Shown here one piece after another: positions 18,812-29,360 of a stretch of 64,000 nucleotides of DNA. Position 1 is the first letter of the stretch. Every line of letters begins with the position of its first letter. The stretch comes from an uncultured Chloroflexia bacterium (GTDB lineage Bacteria; Chloroflexota; Dehalococcoidia; UBA2979). The stretch spans positions 1,184,001 through 1,248,000 of the forward strand of contig CAVSIV010000001.1 of the NCBI GenBank assembly GCA_963728205.1, given 5' to 3'. Under the pieces are notes generated by a model. That model ran no database searches, was not told the DNA's origin, and saw only the letters and a list, made by a program, of their open reading frames with translations. The position numbers and the translations under genes are program-made.

Positions 18812-18852
18812 ACGCGGCTGCGCAAGCCCCACACAGCGCAAGGAGCCGCTCG

Positions 18853-19320
18853 TTACGGCCCGACTGCCGCCGACGGCCCGGCCGCCGGCGGCGCCGGCTC
18901 TCGACCGCCGAGTGCTCGATAAATCTCCGCCTCGGCGGCGAGATGCGACCCCACCAGCGTATGCAGGCCGTAGGCGATGCGGCGCACGTCGCGCATGTGC
19001 GACGGCAACTCCCGGCGCGTACGGATTGCCCGGCGGAACCCCGCCAGGTCCTCGGCTAGCCCCTCAATCACGCGGTGCTCGCGCGCGAGGGACAGTGCCG
19101 TCGTGGTGCCGCCACCAGCCCCGGCGATGCCCGGGTAGAGGCGGTCCTCCTCGGCCGCCGCGTGCGTCAGCAGGCGCGCATGCAGAAAGTCGATCGCGTC
19201 GTCGAGCAGCGGCAGCCAGACGTCGAGCGACCGATCGGCCGCGTCGCCGAGGGCGCGCAACTGCTCCAGGCCGGCGAGCAGGTCGCGATGCTCGTCATCG
19301 AGGCGAGCGAGGGTGGGCAT
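18853..19320 (-). CDS. hemerythrin/HHE domain protein
   Basis: EHRDL, HAAAEEDRLYP, REHRVI and HLAAEAEIY. Confidence 0.8.
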   Translation of the reverse strand: MPTLARLDDEHRDLLAGLEQLRALGDAADRSLDVWLPLLDDAIDFLHARLLTHAAAEEDRLYPGIAGAGGGTTTALSLAREHRVIEGLAEDLAGFRRAIRTRRELPSHMRDVRRIAYGLHTLVGSHLAAEAEIYRALGGREPAPPAAGPSAAVGP

Positions 19321-19410
19321 GTTCACGGGGCGCCTCCATCCGCCGGCCGGCGCGGCAACCTCGGCCGCGCACCGGAGCAGCCATCGTCCAGCGTGGGCGT
19401 GGGCGGTGCT

Positions 19411-19424
19411 GTGACTTCGGTCAC
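19411..19424. promoter_or_regulatory. palindromic NarL/DosR-type operator candidate
   Basis: GTGAC-TTCG-GTCAC upstream of the hemerythrin gene. Confidence 0.45.
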
Positions 19425-19543
19425 GCCCTCACCGGGTCCGGGCGTGGAGTGCGCACAGCGCTCCGGCGGGTTCGGGCTCGCGCCGCCGGGCGTACGCCGC
19501 AGGGTGCGCGTGCCTGCTGGCAGAGAGGTCGAGAGCGTACCGC

Positions 19544-19894
19544 TCAGCGCCGCTCCTCGAGGAACTGCTTCAGCACGACGGCGTCGTTGTGGACGGTGTC
19601 CTTCGCGCCGTACACGAGCGTGACCCTTCCCCGCTGCGCCTCCTCGGCGATGCGCCGCACGGCGTCGTCGTGCGCTCTCAGCTCGGCGCGGTAGCGCTCC
19701 TGGAACTCGCTCCACTTCGCCGCGTCGTGTCCGAACCACTTGCGCAGCTCGGTGGACGGCGCGATGTCCTTCAGCCAGAGATCGACGCGCGCGGCCTCTT
19801 TCGACAGGCCACGCGGCCACAGTCGATCGACGAGGACGCGCGTGCCGTCGCCGCGCGCAGGTGGCTCGTACACGCGTCTCAGGCGTATCTCCAT
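19544..19894 (-). CDS. DUF488 (YeaO-like) protein
   Basis: RVYEPP..DGTRVLVDRLWPRGLSK...APSTELRKWFGH. Confidence 0.9.
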   Translation of the reverse strand: MEIRLRRVYEPPARGDGTRVLVDRLWPRGLSKEAARVDLWLKDIAPSTELRKWFGHDAAKWSEFQERYRAELRAHDDAVRRIAEEAQRGRVTLVYGAKDTVHNDAVVLKQFLEERR

Positions 19895-20001
19895 GTGCCC
19901 GCTCCCACCAGCAGGATAGCCGCGGCGACCAGCTCGACCGTCAGACGGTTCGCCGCGGTCGACCGAGCGCCCGGAAGCCCGCCTACGACTCGAGGCATCG
20001 C

Positions 20002-20015
20002 GGGGCGAAGGTCCC
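20002..20015. promoter_or_regulatory. DosR/DevR-like box
   Basis: GGGGCGAAGGTCCC between the divergent DUF488 and NuoF-like genes. Confidence 0.5.
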
Positions 20016-20150
20016 GGCCCCCGCCCGTTCTCATGGGGACGTGACGTGACGTTCGACCGCGGTGTGGGCCCTGGCTCGCGCCGTAGCGTGGGCGTCGACG
20101 TCCGAGCGCGCCACCGCGGCGCCTCCGCGTGCCCCCGAAGGAGCGACCAG

Positions 20151-21491
20151 ATGCTGATCGACGACCGTTCTCCCGTGACCTCCCTCAGCGAGTACCTCGA
20201 TCGCGGAGGCGGGAACGCATATATCCGCGCCCGCTCCATGCCGCCGGACGCGGTGATCGAGGAGCTCCGCGTGGCCGGGTTGAGGGGCCGCGGGGGTGCC
20301 GGCTTCCCGACCGCGATCAAGTGGCGGAGCATCCGCGACTCCGTCTGCGAGCGGAAGTTCGTCTGCTGTAACGCGGCTGAGGGCGAGCCCGGCACGTTCA
20401 AGGACCGCTTCCTGCTGCGGCACAACCCGTACCTCGTGCTCGAGGGCCTCGCGATCGCCGCGCAGGTGCTGGGCGCCGAGGCGGCGTACATGGCCACCAA
20501 GCAGTCGTTCACGCGCGAGCTCGAGGGCCTCGAGCGCGCGTACGCCGAGATGAAGGACGCGACGCCGATGATGGAGCGCGTCGAGATCGTGCGCGGGCCG
20601 GACGAGTACCTGTTCGGCGAGGAGAAGGCGTTGCTCGAGGTGGTGGAAGGCGGTTTGCCGCTTCCACGGGTCTTCCCGCCGTACATGCACGGCCTGTTCA
20701 CCGGGACGTACGGCGGTCCGGACGACCGCCACAACAACCCGACCGTCGTCAACAACGCCGAGACGCTCGCGCACGTCACGAACATCCTCGGTCGCGGGGT
20801 CCAGTGGTTCCGCGCGACCGGCACGGAGGCGACGCCCGGAACGACGATCTTCACCGTCTCCGGGGACGTGCGCCGGCCGACCGTGGTCGAGCTCCCGATG
20901 GGGACGTCGCTGCGGACGCTGATCGAGGAGCACGCCGGCGGCCCGGTCGGCCCGCCGATCAAGGCCGTGTTCCCGGGTGTCGCCGCGCCCGTGATCACGC
21001 CGGACATGCTCGACACGCCGCTCGACTTCGACGCGCTGCGCGCGGCCGGCTCCGGGCTGGGCTCCGGCGGGTTCGTGGTCTTCGACGAGAGCGCCTGCAT
21101 GGTGCGCGCGGCCTACCTCTTCTCGCACTTCCTCCACGTCGAGTCGTGCAACCAGTGCGCGCCGTGCAAGCTCGGATCGAGCGAGATCAGCAAGCGGCTG
21201 CGCGCGCTCCTCGCCGGCTCCGCGCACCGGCACGACTTCGAGGAGATCCATCAGATCGCGGGGTGGGTGACCGGCGGGCACCGCTGCGGGCTCGCCGTGT
21301 CGGAGCAGGTAGTGATGTCGAGCATCGTCGAGCGCCTGCCCGAGGACTTCGAGGCGCACCTCGAGCACCGGTGCACGCTCCGGCACGACCTCATCCTGCC
21401 GAAGCTGCTCGACTACGAGCCGGGTCGCGGGTTCACGTACGACGCAAACTATGCGCACAAGAAGACGGACTGGACCTACGCGCCGGCCTGA
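20151..21491 (+). CDS. stand-alone NuoF/HoxF-like flavo-iron-sulfur protein
   Basis: GLRGRGGAGFPT, NAAEGEPGTFKDR, YLFGEEKALL and ESCNQCAPC...RC. Confidence 0.9.
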   Translation: MLIDDRSPVTSLSEYLDRGGGNAYIRARSMPPDAVIEELRVAGLRGRGGAGFPTAIKWRSIRDSVCERKFVCCNAAEGEPGTFKDRFLLRHNPYLVLEGLAIAAQVLGAEAAYMATKQSFTRELEGLERAYAEMKDATPMMERVEIVRGPDEYLFGEEKALLEVVEGGLPLPRVFPPYMHGLFTGTYGGPDDRHNNPTVVNNAETLAHVTNILGRGVQWFRATGTEATPGTTIFTVSGDVRRPTVVELPMGTSLRTLIEEHAGGPVGPPIKAVFPGVAAPVITPDMLDTPLDFDALRAAGSGLGSGGFVVFDESACMVRAAYLFSHFLHVESCNQCAPCKLGSSEISKRLRALLAGSAHRHDFEEIHQIAGWVTGGHRCGLAVSEQVVMSSIVERLPEDFEAHLEHRCTLRHDLILPKLLDYEPGRGFTYDANYAHKKTDWTYAPA

Positions 21492-21602
21492 CGGCCGCGA
21501 CCGGCGCCGCCGCCCCCGCGCGCCCGCCGCCACCGCAGCCGCGATCGACCACGGGAACTGGCCACTTCCGGAGTCGGCGACAGGCCCGAAGGATGCAGGC
21601 AG

Positions 21603-22287
21603 GTGATCGTGAACGTCAGCGAGCTGCTCGTCCGGTGCCTCGAGAACGAAGGCGTGCGCTACGTCTTCGGGGTGCCGGGCGAGGAGAACCTCGACTTCAT
21701 GGATGCGCTCTCGCGGAGCGAGCAGATCCGCTTCGTGCTCGCCCGCGACGAACGCGGCGCCGCCTTCATGGCGAACGTATACGGCCGGCTCGCCGGCGCC
21801 CCCGGCGTCTGCCTCGCCACGCTGGGCCCCGGCGCGACGAACCTCGTCACCGGGCTCGCCGACGCGACGCTCGACGGCGCGCCGGTGGTGGCGATCACCG
21901 GTCAGGTCGAGCTCCCCGCGCTCCACAAGGAGTCGCATCAGCTCCTCGACGTGCCGGCGCTGATGCGGCCGGTGACGAAATGGGGCGCCCGCATCGAGTT
22001 GCCCGAGACGGTGCCGGAAATCGTCCGCACCGCGTTCCGCCGTGCGCGTCTCGAGAAGCCCGGTGCCACGCACATCGAGCTGCCGGAAGACGTCGCGGCG
22101 CTCGCGGCAGACGGCGAGCCCCTGCCCGTGCGGCGCACCACGTACCCGGCCGTGCGCCCGGACACGGTCGCGCGCGCCGTCGCCGTGCTGCGCGACGCGC
22201 GGCACCCCGTCGTCCTGTGCGGCAACGGCGTGATCCGACGGCGCGCCGCGGATGCACTGCGCGCCTTCGCGCAGCATGTCGGCGTCC
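21603..22287 (+). pseudogene. acetolactate synthase large-subunit-like TPP enzyme, 3'-truncated at the junction
   Basis: VFGVPGEEN, TLGPGATNLVTG and AITGQ; similarity stops at AQHVGV. Confidence 0.85.
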
Positions 22288-22913
22288 TCGGTCGGCACCA
22301 TCCGGTCGAGGAACTCGACGATCGTGACATCGACCCCGAAGTTCTTCATGACGTAGGCGAACTGACGCCGATCCGCCCGAGCCGGCGATGATGATCGAGC
22401 CGGGGAGGGTGTCGTCGAAGAATATGCTCCTCGTAGGTCACGACGTTCTGGCTGACCTGGACCCCCGGCACCATCCGGTCACCGAGCCCCGTGGCGATGA
22501 TGAGGTTGTCGAAGCTGATCGACCGTAACCCACCGTCGGTGACGCGACCTCCATCGTCGTCGGCGAGGTGAGCGTCCCCAGCCGTCGATCTCCTCGATCG
22601 AGTTCTTCTTCATGAGGTAGTGCACGCCCCGGACGATGTTCTCGGACACCTTGCGCGAGCGCGCGTGGGTGGGCCCGAAGGCCATCGTCGCGTCGCCCTC
22701 GATGCCGTAGAGGTCCTTCTCGTGCGCGAGCGTATGTGCGAGCTCGGCGTTGCGCAGGAGTGCCTTGGACGGGATGCACCCGACGTTGAGACACACCCCG
22801 CCCCAGTACTTCGCCTCGACGACCGCGGCCTTGAGGCCGAGCTGCGAGGCGCGGATCGCGGAGACATAGCCACCGGGACCGGCACCGAGAACGACAACAT
22901 CGAAGTCAGCCAT
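22278..22913 (-). pseudogene. lpdA: dihydrolipoamide dehydrogenase, 5' half only, several frameshifts
   Basis: [26 protein letters not shown] and VTIVEFLDRMVPTEDAD, then cut off. Confidence 0.85.
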
Positions 22914-23092
22914 GCGGCCAACCATAGTCGCGGCAGTCGTGACGGCTGACCCGCGCCCGCGGGCCGGAAGCGAGGTCGGGCGGCATACCCGCCGGGTCCG
23001 GTCGGTCCGTCCGTCGCCGGACGGGGATCGGCAGCCGGAGCGACCCGGAACACCGGGAGGGCGGTGCCGCCCGGCGCGAGGAGCCGGCGGAC

Positions 23093-23512
23093 TCAGAGCG
23101 AGGGGAACCAGATGGCGATCTCGCGGGCGGCGGACTCGGGGCCGTCGGAGCCGTGCACGATGTTCTGCTGCACCGTGGTCCCCCAGTCCCGGCCGAGGTC
23201 GCCGCGGATCGTGCCGGCCGCGGCCGACGTGGGGTCGGTGGCCCGCGCAAGGGCCCGGAAGCCCTCGATGCACCGGTCGCCCTCGATGACGACGGCTGCC
23301 ACGGGGCCGGAGGCCATGAAGTCGAGAAGCGGCTCGTAGAACGGCTTGCCCTCGTGCTCGGCGTAGTGCCGGGCCAGAAGGTCGCGGGTCGGGGTGAGGA
23401 CCTGCAGGGCGAGCAGGCGGTATCCCTTGGCCTCGACCCGGCGCAGCACCTCGCCGGTGAGACCCCGGGCGAAACCGTCGGGCTTGACGAGGACGAGGCT
23501 GCGTTCGGTCAC
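23093..23512 (-). CDS. ndk: nucleoside diphosphate kinase
   Basis: [15 protein letters not shown] and NIVHGSD. Confidence 0.95.
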   Translation of the reverse strand: MTERSLVLVKPDGFARGLTGEVLRRVEAKGYRLLALQVLTPTRDLLARHYAEHEGKPFYEPLLDFMASGPVAAVVIEGDRCIEGFRALARATDPTSAAAGTIRGDLGRDWGTTVQQNIVHGSDGPESAAREIAIWFPSL

Positions 23513-24000
23513 GCCGGCCAGCCTACCCAGAGTGCCGGACCGTCCTCGGGGGCCGACCCGGCGGCGTCGCGGGCGGCGACGAGGCGCTCGGCCCGGTACC
23601 CCTGGGCCATGAGAAGGAGCCACAGCCCGGTGAAGATGACCCCGACCCCGATCATCGCGGGAAGCAGGAGGGCGCCGAGCCAGGTGAGCACCTGGACGAC
23701 CCAGCCGACGGTGACGCCGTAGGGACGGCGCATCAGCCCGGCGGCGACGACGGAGAGCACGGCAAGGCCGGAGCCGAGCCAGAGGAGCGTCGACGGGCTG
23801 GTCCCGCCGTTCGCGTCGGCGAGTCCCCGGGCCAGGGTGGCCCCGAGGAAGATGGCCACCCCCTGGCCGACGAGGACGACGGCGAGCAGCCGCCAGGTGA
23901 ACGGCCCGAGGATGCCGTAGAGCGGAAACCGGCGCATGACGCCCAAGGGTATGCCGCCCCGACGGTCCGGATCGGTGCCGCTGCCGTCGTCAGTCGTCAT
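23509..24000 (-). CDS. DUF4233-like membrane protein
   Basis: Four TM helices; occupies the usual actinobacterial position between folC and ndk. Confidence 0.75.
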   Translation of the reverse strand: MTTDDGSGTDPDRRGGIPLGVMRRFPLYGILGPFTWRLLAVVLVGQGVAIFLGATLARGLADANGGTSPSTLLWLGSGLAVLSVVAAGLMRRPYGVTVGWVVQVLTWLGALLLPAMIGVGVIFTGLWLLLMAQGYRAERLVAARDAAGSAPEDGPALWVGWPA

Positions 24001-25388
24001 CCAGGCCGAGCAGCATCCGGACCTCGGCGGCGGTGACGACCGACCCGGTGGCGAGGACCCCACCGCTGACCCCGCCCTCGTCGGCGAGGCCGGCGGCGCG
24101 GTCGAGCGCGTCGGGCAGGTCGTCGACGACGGTGACCCGGTGCTCCCCGAAGATGTCCACGGCGATCTCGCCGAGCGCGGCGGGCGCATGGCCCGGGGCG
24201 AGGTCGTTCCGGGTCACGACGACCTCGTCGAGGACCGGCTCGAGGACCTCGAGCATGCGGCCGCGTCCTTGTCGGCGAGGATGGCGAGGACGCCGACGAG
24301 CCGGGCGAAGGTGAAGGAGTCGTCGCAGGGCGGCCCGCAGGGCCCGAGCCCCGGCCGGGTTGTGTGCGGCGTCGACGAGGACGGTCGGGCTGCGACGGAC
24401 GATCTCGAGCCGTCCCGGCGAGGTGGCCGTCGGCGAGGCCGGCACGAAGGACCTCGAGGTCGAGCGGCTGCTCGCCACCCCCGAGGAACGCCTCGACCGC
24501 CGCGACGGCGATGGCGGCGTTGCTGCGCCTGGTGCGCGCCGTGGAGCGGGAGGAACAGGTCGGCGTAGTCCGCCGGCCAGCCCGCGCACGGAGACCAGCT
24601 GGCCGCCGACCGCGACATCGCGGGCGAGGACGCCGAAGTCGATCCCCTCGACGGCGATCCGGGCCCGACCTCCTCGGCGCGGGCCGAGGAGGATCTCGGC
24701 GACGTCGCGGCTCCTGGACGCCGACGACGGCGATCGCGTCGGCCTTGATGATGCCGGCCTTCTCGGTGGCGATCTCGCCTCGAGTGCGTCGCCGAGGAAG
24801 TGGGTGTGGTCGATGGCGACCGGGGTGATGACCGAGACCGCGGCGTCGATGACGTTCGTCGCGTCCCACCGGCCGCCCATGCCCGACCTCGACGACGGCG
24901 ACGTCGACCGGGGCATCGGCGAACGCGGCATACGCGACGGCGACGAGCACCTCGAAGTAGGTCATCCGTGGACCGCCCTGAGCCACCGATGCGGCGTCGA
25001 CCAGTCTCGATGAACGGGATGACCTCGGCGTAGGCCGCGAGGAAGCGTTCCTCGTCGAGCCGGCTCCCCGGACAGGGCGATCCGCTCCCGCATGGAGTGC
25101 AGGTGGGGTGAGGTGAACCGCCCGGTGCGCAGGCCCATCTCGCGCAGGATCGCGTCGATGATCCGGGTCGTCGAGGTCTTGCCGTTCGTGCCGGTGAGAT
25201 GGATGGCGGGGAAGGTGCGCTGGGGTTCGCCGAGCAGGTCCATGACCGCCGCGATCCGGTCGAGGCGACGGCTGGAGGTCGTGCTCCGGCGCGCGAGCGA
25301 GGATCGCCTCCTCGGTCAGGCGCATCCTCCTGGTGAGGTCGAGGCGGCGTTCGGCCTCGCGTCGGGCAGCGTCGGGAGCGGGAGTCAC
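23990..25388 (-). CDS. folC: folylpolyglutamate synthase/dihydrofolate synthase (multiple frameshifts, likely sequencing errors)
   Basis: [39 protein letters not shown] and TGSV. Confidence 0.9.
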
Positions 25389-25483
25389 AGGGTCAATCCT
25401 GCATCAGGTCGGCGGGTTCCCCGGACGCACAGGTATGCCGCGACCCGCCCGCCCGAGGAGGTGAGGGTGGCGGGACGAGCACC

Positions 25484-28400
25484 TCAGGCCGTGGCCACCC
25501 GGATCCGCACCGGCAGCCGCTCCTCGCCGACCTCGGCCACCGACACGCCATCGCCGGAGGGGAGGTCGTCGAGGTTGACCAGGATGCCGAGATGCGTGGC
25601 CAGGGTCTCCCCCATGACGAGATCGCGGTGTGTGTGCACCGCGCGCTGCATGAGCTCGGCGCCGGCCACGGTGAGCGAGATCCGGTCGGTCACCTCCAGG
25701 CCGGCCTCCCGCCGCGCCTGCTGGACGCCGCGGACGAGGTCCCGCGCCACCCCTTCCAGGGCCAGCTCCGCGGTGACCTCGGTGTCGAGGACGACGAACC
25801 CGCCCCCGGGCAGCATCGCCGTCGCGTGGCTACCCGCAGCGGAGGGGTCGACGACCGTCTCGAGGGTGTACTCACCCGCGACGAGGGCGATCCCCCCCGG
25901 GAGGACCGACCCGTCATCGCCGATCGACCAGTCACCGGTCTTGCTGCCCCTGATGGCGACCTGGACCTCCTTGCCGAGCCGCGGCCCGGCGGCCCGGGCG
26001 TTGACGGTGAGCCGCTGGGTGATGCCGAAGTCGGACTCGTGCGCCGACGCGACGTCGAGCACCCGGACCGAGCGGACGTTGACCTCGTCGGCGACGATCC
26101 CGGCATACGCCTCGAAGGCGGCCGCACCGGAGGTCACCACCGTCAGCTCGCGTAGCGGCAGACGCACCCGCAGCCCCACGCCCTTGCGCAGCGAGGAGGC
26201 CACCGAGCACACCGAACGCACCTGGTCCATCGCCGCGACGAGGCCGTCGTCGGTCGGTAGCAGCGAGGCGTCCGGCCAGTCGGCGAGGTGGACCGACCGG
26301 TCGCCGGTCAGCCCACGCCAGATCTCCTCCGAGACGAGGGGCAGCAGGGGCGCGGTGACCCGGGTCAGCACCTCGAGGGTCGTGTACAGCGTGTCGAACG
26401 CCGCCCGCGTCGACCCGGTGGACGAGCCCCCCGAGGTGTCCCAGAACCGCTCCCGCGACCGTCGGATGTACCAGTTCGTCAGGACGTCGACGAAGGAGCG
26501 CACCGACTCCGACGCCCCCGGGATGTCATAGACGTCCAGCTGCCCGGTGACGGTGGCGACGAGGTCGTGGAGCTTGGCGAGCAGGTAGCGGTCGAGGGGG
26601 TCGCCCGAGTCCACCGACCAGCGGGCCTCATAGCCCGCTGACCCGTCGACCGAGAGTGCGTTGGCGTAGAGCGAGAAGAAGGACCAGCTGTTCCACAGCG
26701 GGATGATGACCTGACGGACGCCCTCGCGGATGCCCTCCTCGGTGACGATGAGGTTGCCGCCGCGCAGGATCGGTGAGGACATGAGGAACCAGCGCATCGC
26801 GTCGGCGCCGTCGCGGTTGAACACCTCGGTGACATCGGGGTAGTTGCGCAGCGACTTGCTCATCTTCTGCCCGTCGTTGCCGAGGACGATCCCGTGCGAG
26901 ACGCAGGACCGGAAGGCCGGCCGGTCGAACAGGGCCGTCGCGAGGATGTGCAGCGTGTAGAACCACCCCCGGGTCTGCCCGATGTACTCGACGATGAAGT
27001 CGCCCGGGAAGTGGTGCTCGAACCAGTCGGCGTTCTCGAACGGGTAGTGGACCTGGGCGAAGCTCATCGACCCCGAGTCGAACCACACGTCGAGGACGTC
27101 CTCGACCCGGCGCATCGTCGAGTTCCCTGTCGGGTCGTCGGGGTTCGGCCGGGTCAGCCGGTCGATGAACGGCCGGTGGAGGTCCGGCTCTCCCGCGTCG
27201 TTGACCGGCAGACGCCCGAAGTCCCGCTCCAGCTCCGCGAAGGACCCGTAGACGTCGATCCGCGGGTATGCCGGGTCGTCCGACCGCCAGACCGGGATCG
27301 GGCTGCCCCAGAACCGGTTCCGGGAGATCGACCAGTCGCGGGCGTTCTCGACCCACTTGCCGAACTGGCCGTCCTTGACGTGCTCGGGCACCCAGGTGAT
27401 CTCCTGGTTGAGCTCGCCCATCCGGTCCTTGATGGCCGTCACCTCGACGAACCAGCTCGACACCGCCATGTACATGAGCGGCTCGCGGCAGCGCCAGCAG
27501 TGCGGGTAGGAGTGCTCGTAGGTCTCCTTGCGGAGCAACACGGTGCCCTGGGTCGTCGAGCCGACCTCGGCCTCGCCGTGGAACCCGTCGACATAGGTGC
27601 GGTTCTTGAGGTGCTCGACGACGAGCGGGTTGGCGTCGAAGACATGCAGCCCCTCGTAGTCGGCGATGGGATACGGTGAACCGCCCGTCGGCGGCGACCG
27701 GGACGACCGGCGCGATGCCGTACTGGTCGGTCAGCAGCTTGTCGTCCTCACCGAACGCCGGAGCGATGTGGACCAGCCCCGAGCCGTCCTCGGTCGTCAC
27801 GTAGTCCGCGGGCAGGACGACGTGGCTGTTCGGGTGGCCGAGGTAGTAGGAGAACGGCGGCGTGTAGCGCCGGCCGACGAGATCCGAGCCCTTCATCCGG
27901 GCGACCACCCTGGCCGACAGCTCGTCATCGGTGAGCGAGGCGTCACCGAACAGCTCCGCGGCATACGTCCGCAACCGGGCCTCGGCGAGGATGTAGCGCT
28001 CGGGACGTCCCGCGTAGTCCGACTCGACGACGACGTAGTCGATGTCCGGGCCGACGGCCGTCGCGAGGTTGCTCGGCAGCGTCCACGGCGTCGTCGTCCA
28101 CACCAGGGCCAGCTCGCCGGACTCGAGCCGGCAGCCGACGGTGACCGCCGTGTCCTTGCGGATCCGGTAGGACTCCTCGTCCATCCGCAGCTCGTGCGTG
28201 GACAGCGGGGTCTGGTCGTTCCAGCAGTAGGGCAGCACCCGGAAGCCCTCATAGACCAGCCCCTTGTCGTAGAGCTGCTTGAAGGCCCACAGGACGCTCT
28301 CCATGAAGCTCGGGTTGAGCGTCTTGTAGTCGTTGTCGAAGTCGACCCACCGCGCCTGGCGGGTGACGTAGGACCGCCACTCGTCGGTGTACGTCATGAC

Positions 28401-28823
28401 CGACTCGCGGCACTTGGCGTTGAAGGTCTCGATCCCCAGCTCGAGGATCTCCTCCTTGGTCTTGATCCCGAGCTGGCTCATCGCCTCGAGCTCGGCCGGC
28501 AGGCCGTGGGTGTCCCACCCGAAACGCCGGTCGACCCGGTGCCCGCGCATCGTCTCGTAGCGGGGGACGATGTCCTTGACGTAGCCGGTGAGCAGGTGGC
28601 CGTAGTGCGGCAGGCCGTTGGCGAACGGCGGGCCGTCGTAGAAGACGAACTCGTTGCTGCCGTGCTCGCCCGCGGGCCGGTTCTCGACCGAGGCCCGGAA
28701 CGTGTCGTCGGCCGCCCAGTAGGCGAGCACCGCCTCCTCGATCTGCGGGAACCGCGGGCTGGAGGGGACGCCGAAGGCCGCGCCGGTGTGCTGGGCGGTC
28801 GTGGAGACCTTGGGGTAGGGCAT
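25484..28823 (-). CDS. ileS: isoleucyl-tRNA synthetase (frameshift near 27670)
   Basis: [38 protein letters not shown] and KMSKS. Confidence 0.95.
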
Positions 28824-28844
28824 CGGGGTACTCCTGCGGCGAGT

Positions 28845-29075
28845 CGGTCTTCTCGGGCCTGCCACGAGGACGACATCGCCGCCGGGGTATGCCGGTCGGC
28901 GGCACCGCGGTACCACCTCGCTTGCCGCACGTCGCCGCCTCGGGGGCCACGGCATACGACCGCTCGTTCGCGGGCTGTGACGGGCCCACCCGTCCGGGTC
29001 TAGTGAGCGGCTCCCGTCCGCCGGGTGCACGCCGTTCTTCCGGAGGCTCGCCGCTGATGACGGCTCGAACGCCTT
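28845..29075 (-). ncRNA. actinobacterial ileS T-box riboswitch
   Basis: Minus strand reads CATCAGCGGCGAGCCTCCGGAAGAACGG (ATC specifier)...GGCCCGTCACAGCC...AAGCGAGGTGGTACCGCG upstream of ileS. Confidence 0.85.
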
Positions 29076-29164
29076 TCGGCGCAGGAGTCTACCGGCCCGC
29101 GCCGACCGGTCCGACCGGGTCTCGGGCCGGGAGTAGAGTTGCCGGCAGCCGCCTCCGAGGCGGC

Positions 29165-29260
29165 ACCACACGCGCGAGCGAGGGGAAGCCGGTCCAAGTC
29201 CGGCGCTGACCCGCAACCGTAGGCCATCGCGAGGTGGCGAGCCGGAATGCCTCGGGAGCG
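29165..29260 (+). ncRNA. cobalamin riboswitch
   Basis: GGGGAAGCCGGTCCAAGTCCGGCGCTGACCCGCAACCGT...GAGCCGGAA core, upstream of an ECF operon. Confidence 0.85.
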
Positions 29261-29360
29261 CGAGCGGCTCCATCACACCGTCGAGGACTGCGGGACGGAG
29301 CCCGGCTCGCTGGGGTCCAGCGGTCGGGACGAACGTCACGAACCGCTCGGAAAGGGACCC

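Noticed and set aside
1-22280. Left half as a genomic island integrated into the actinobacterial chromosome
   Set aside because: The boundary cuts two metabolic genes with no att site or recombinase, so an assembly chimera fits better pending read evidence.
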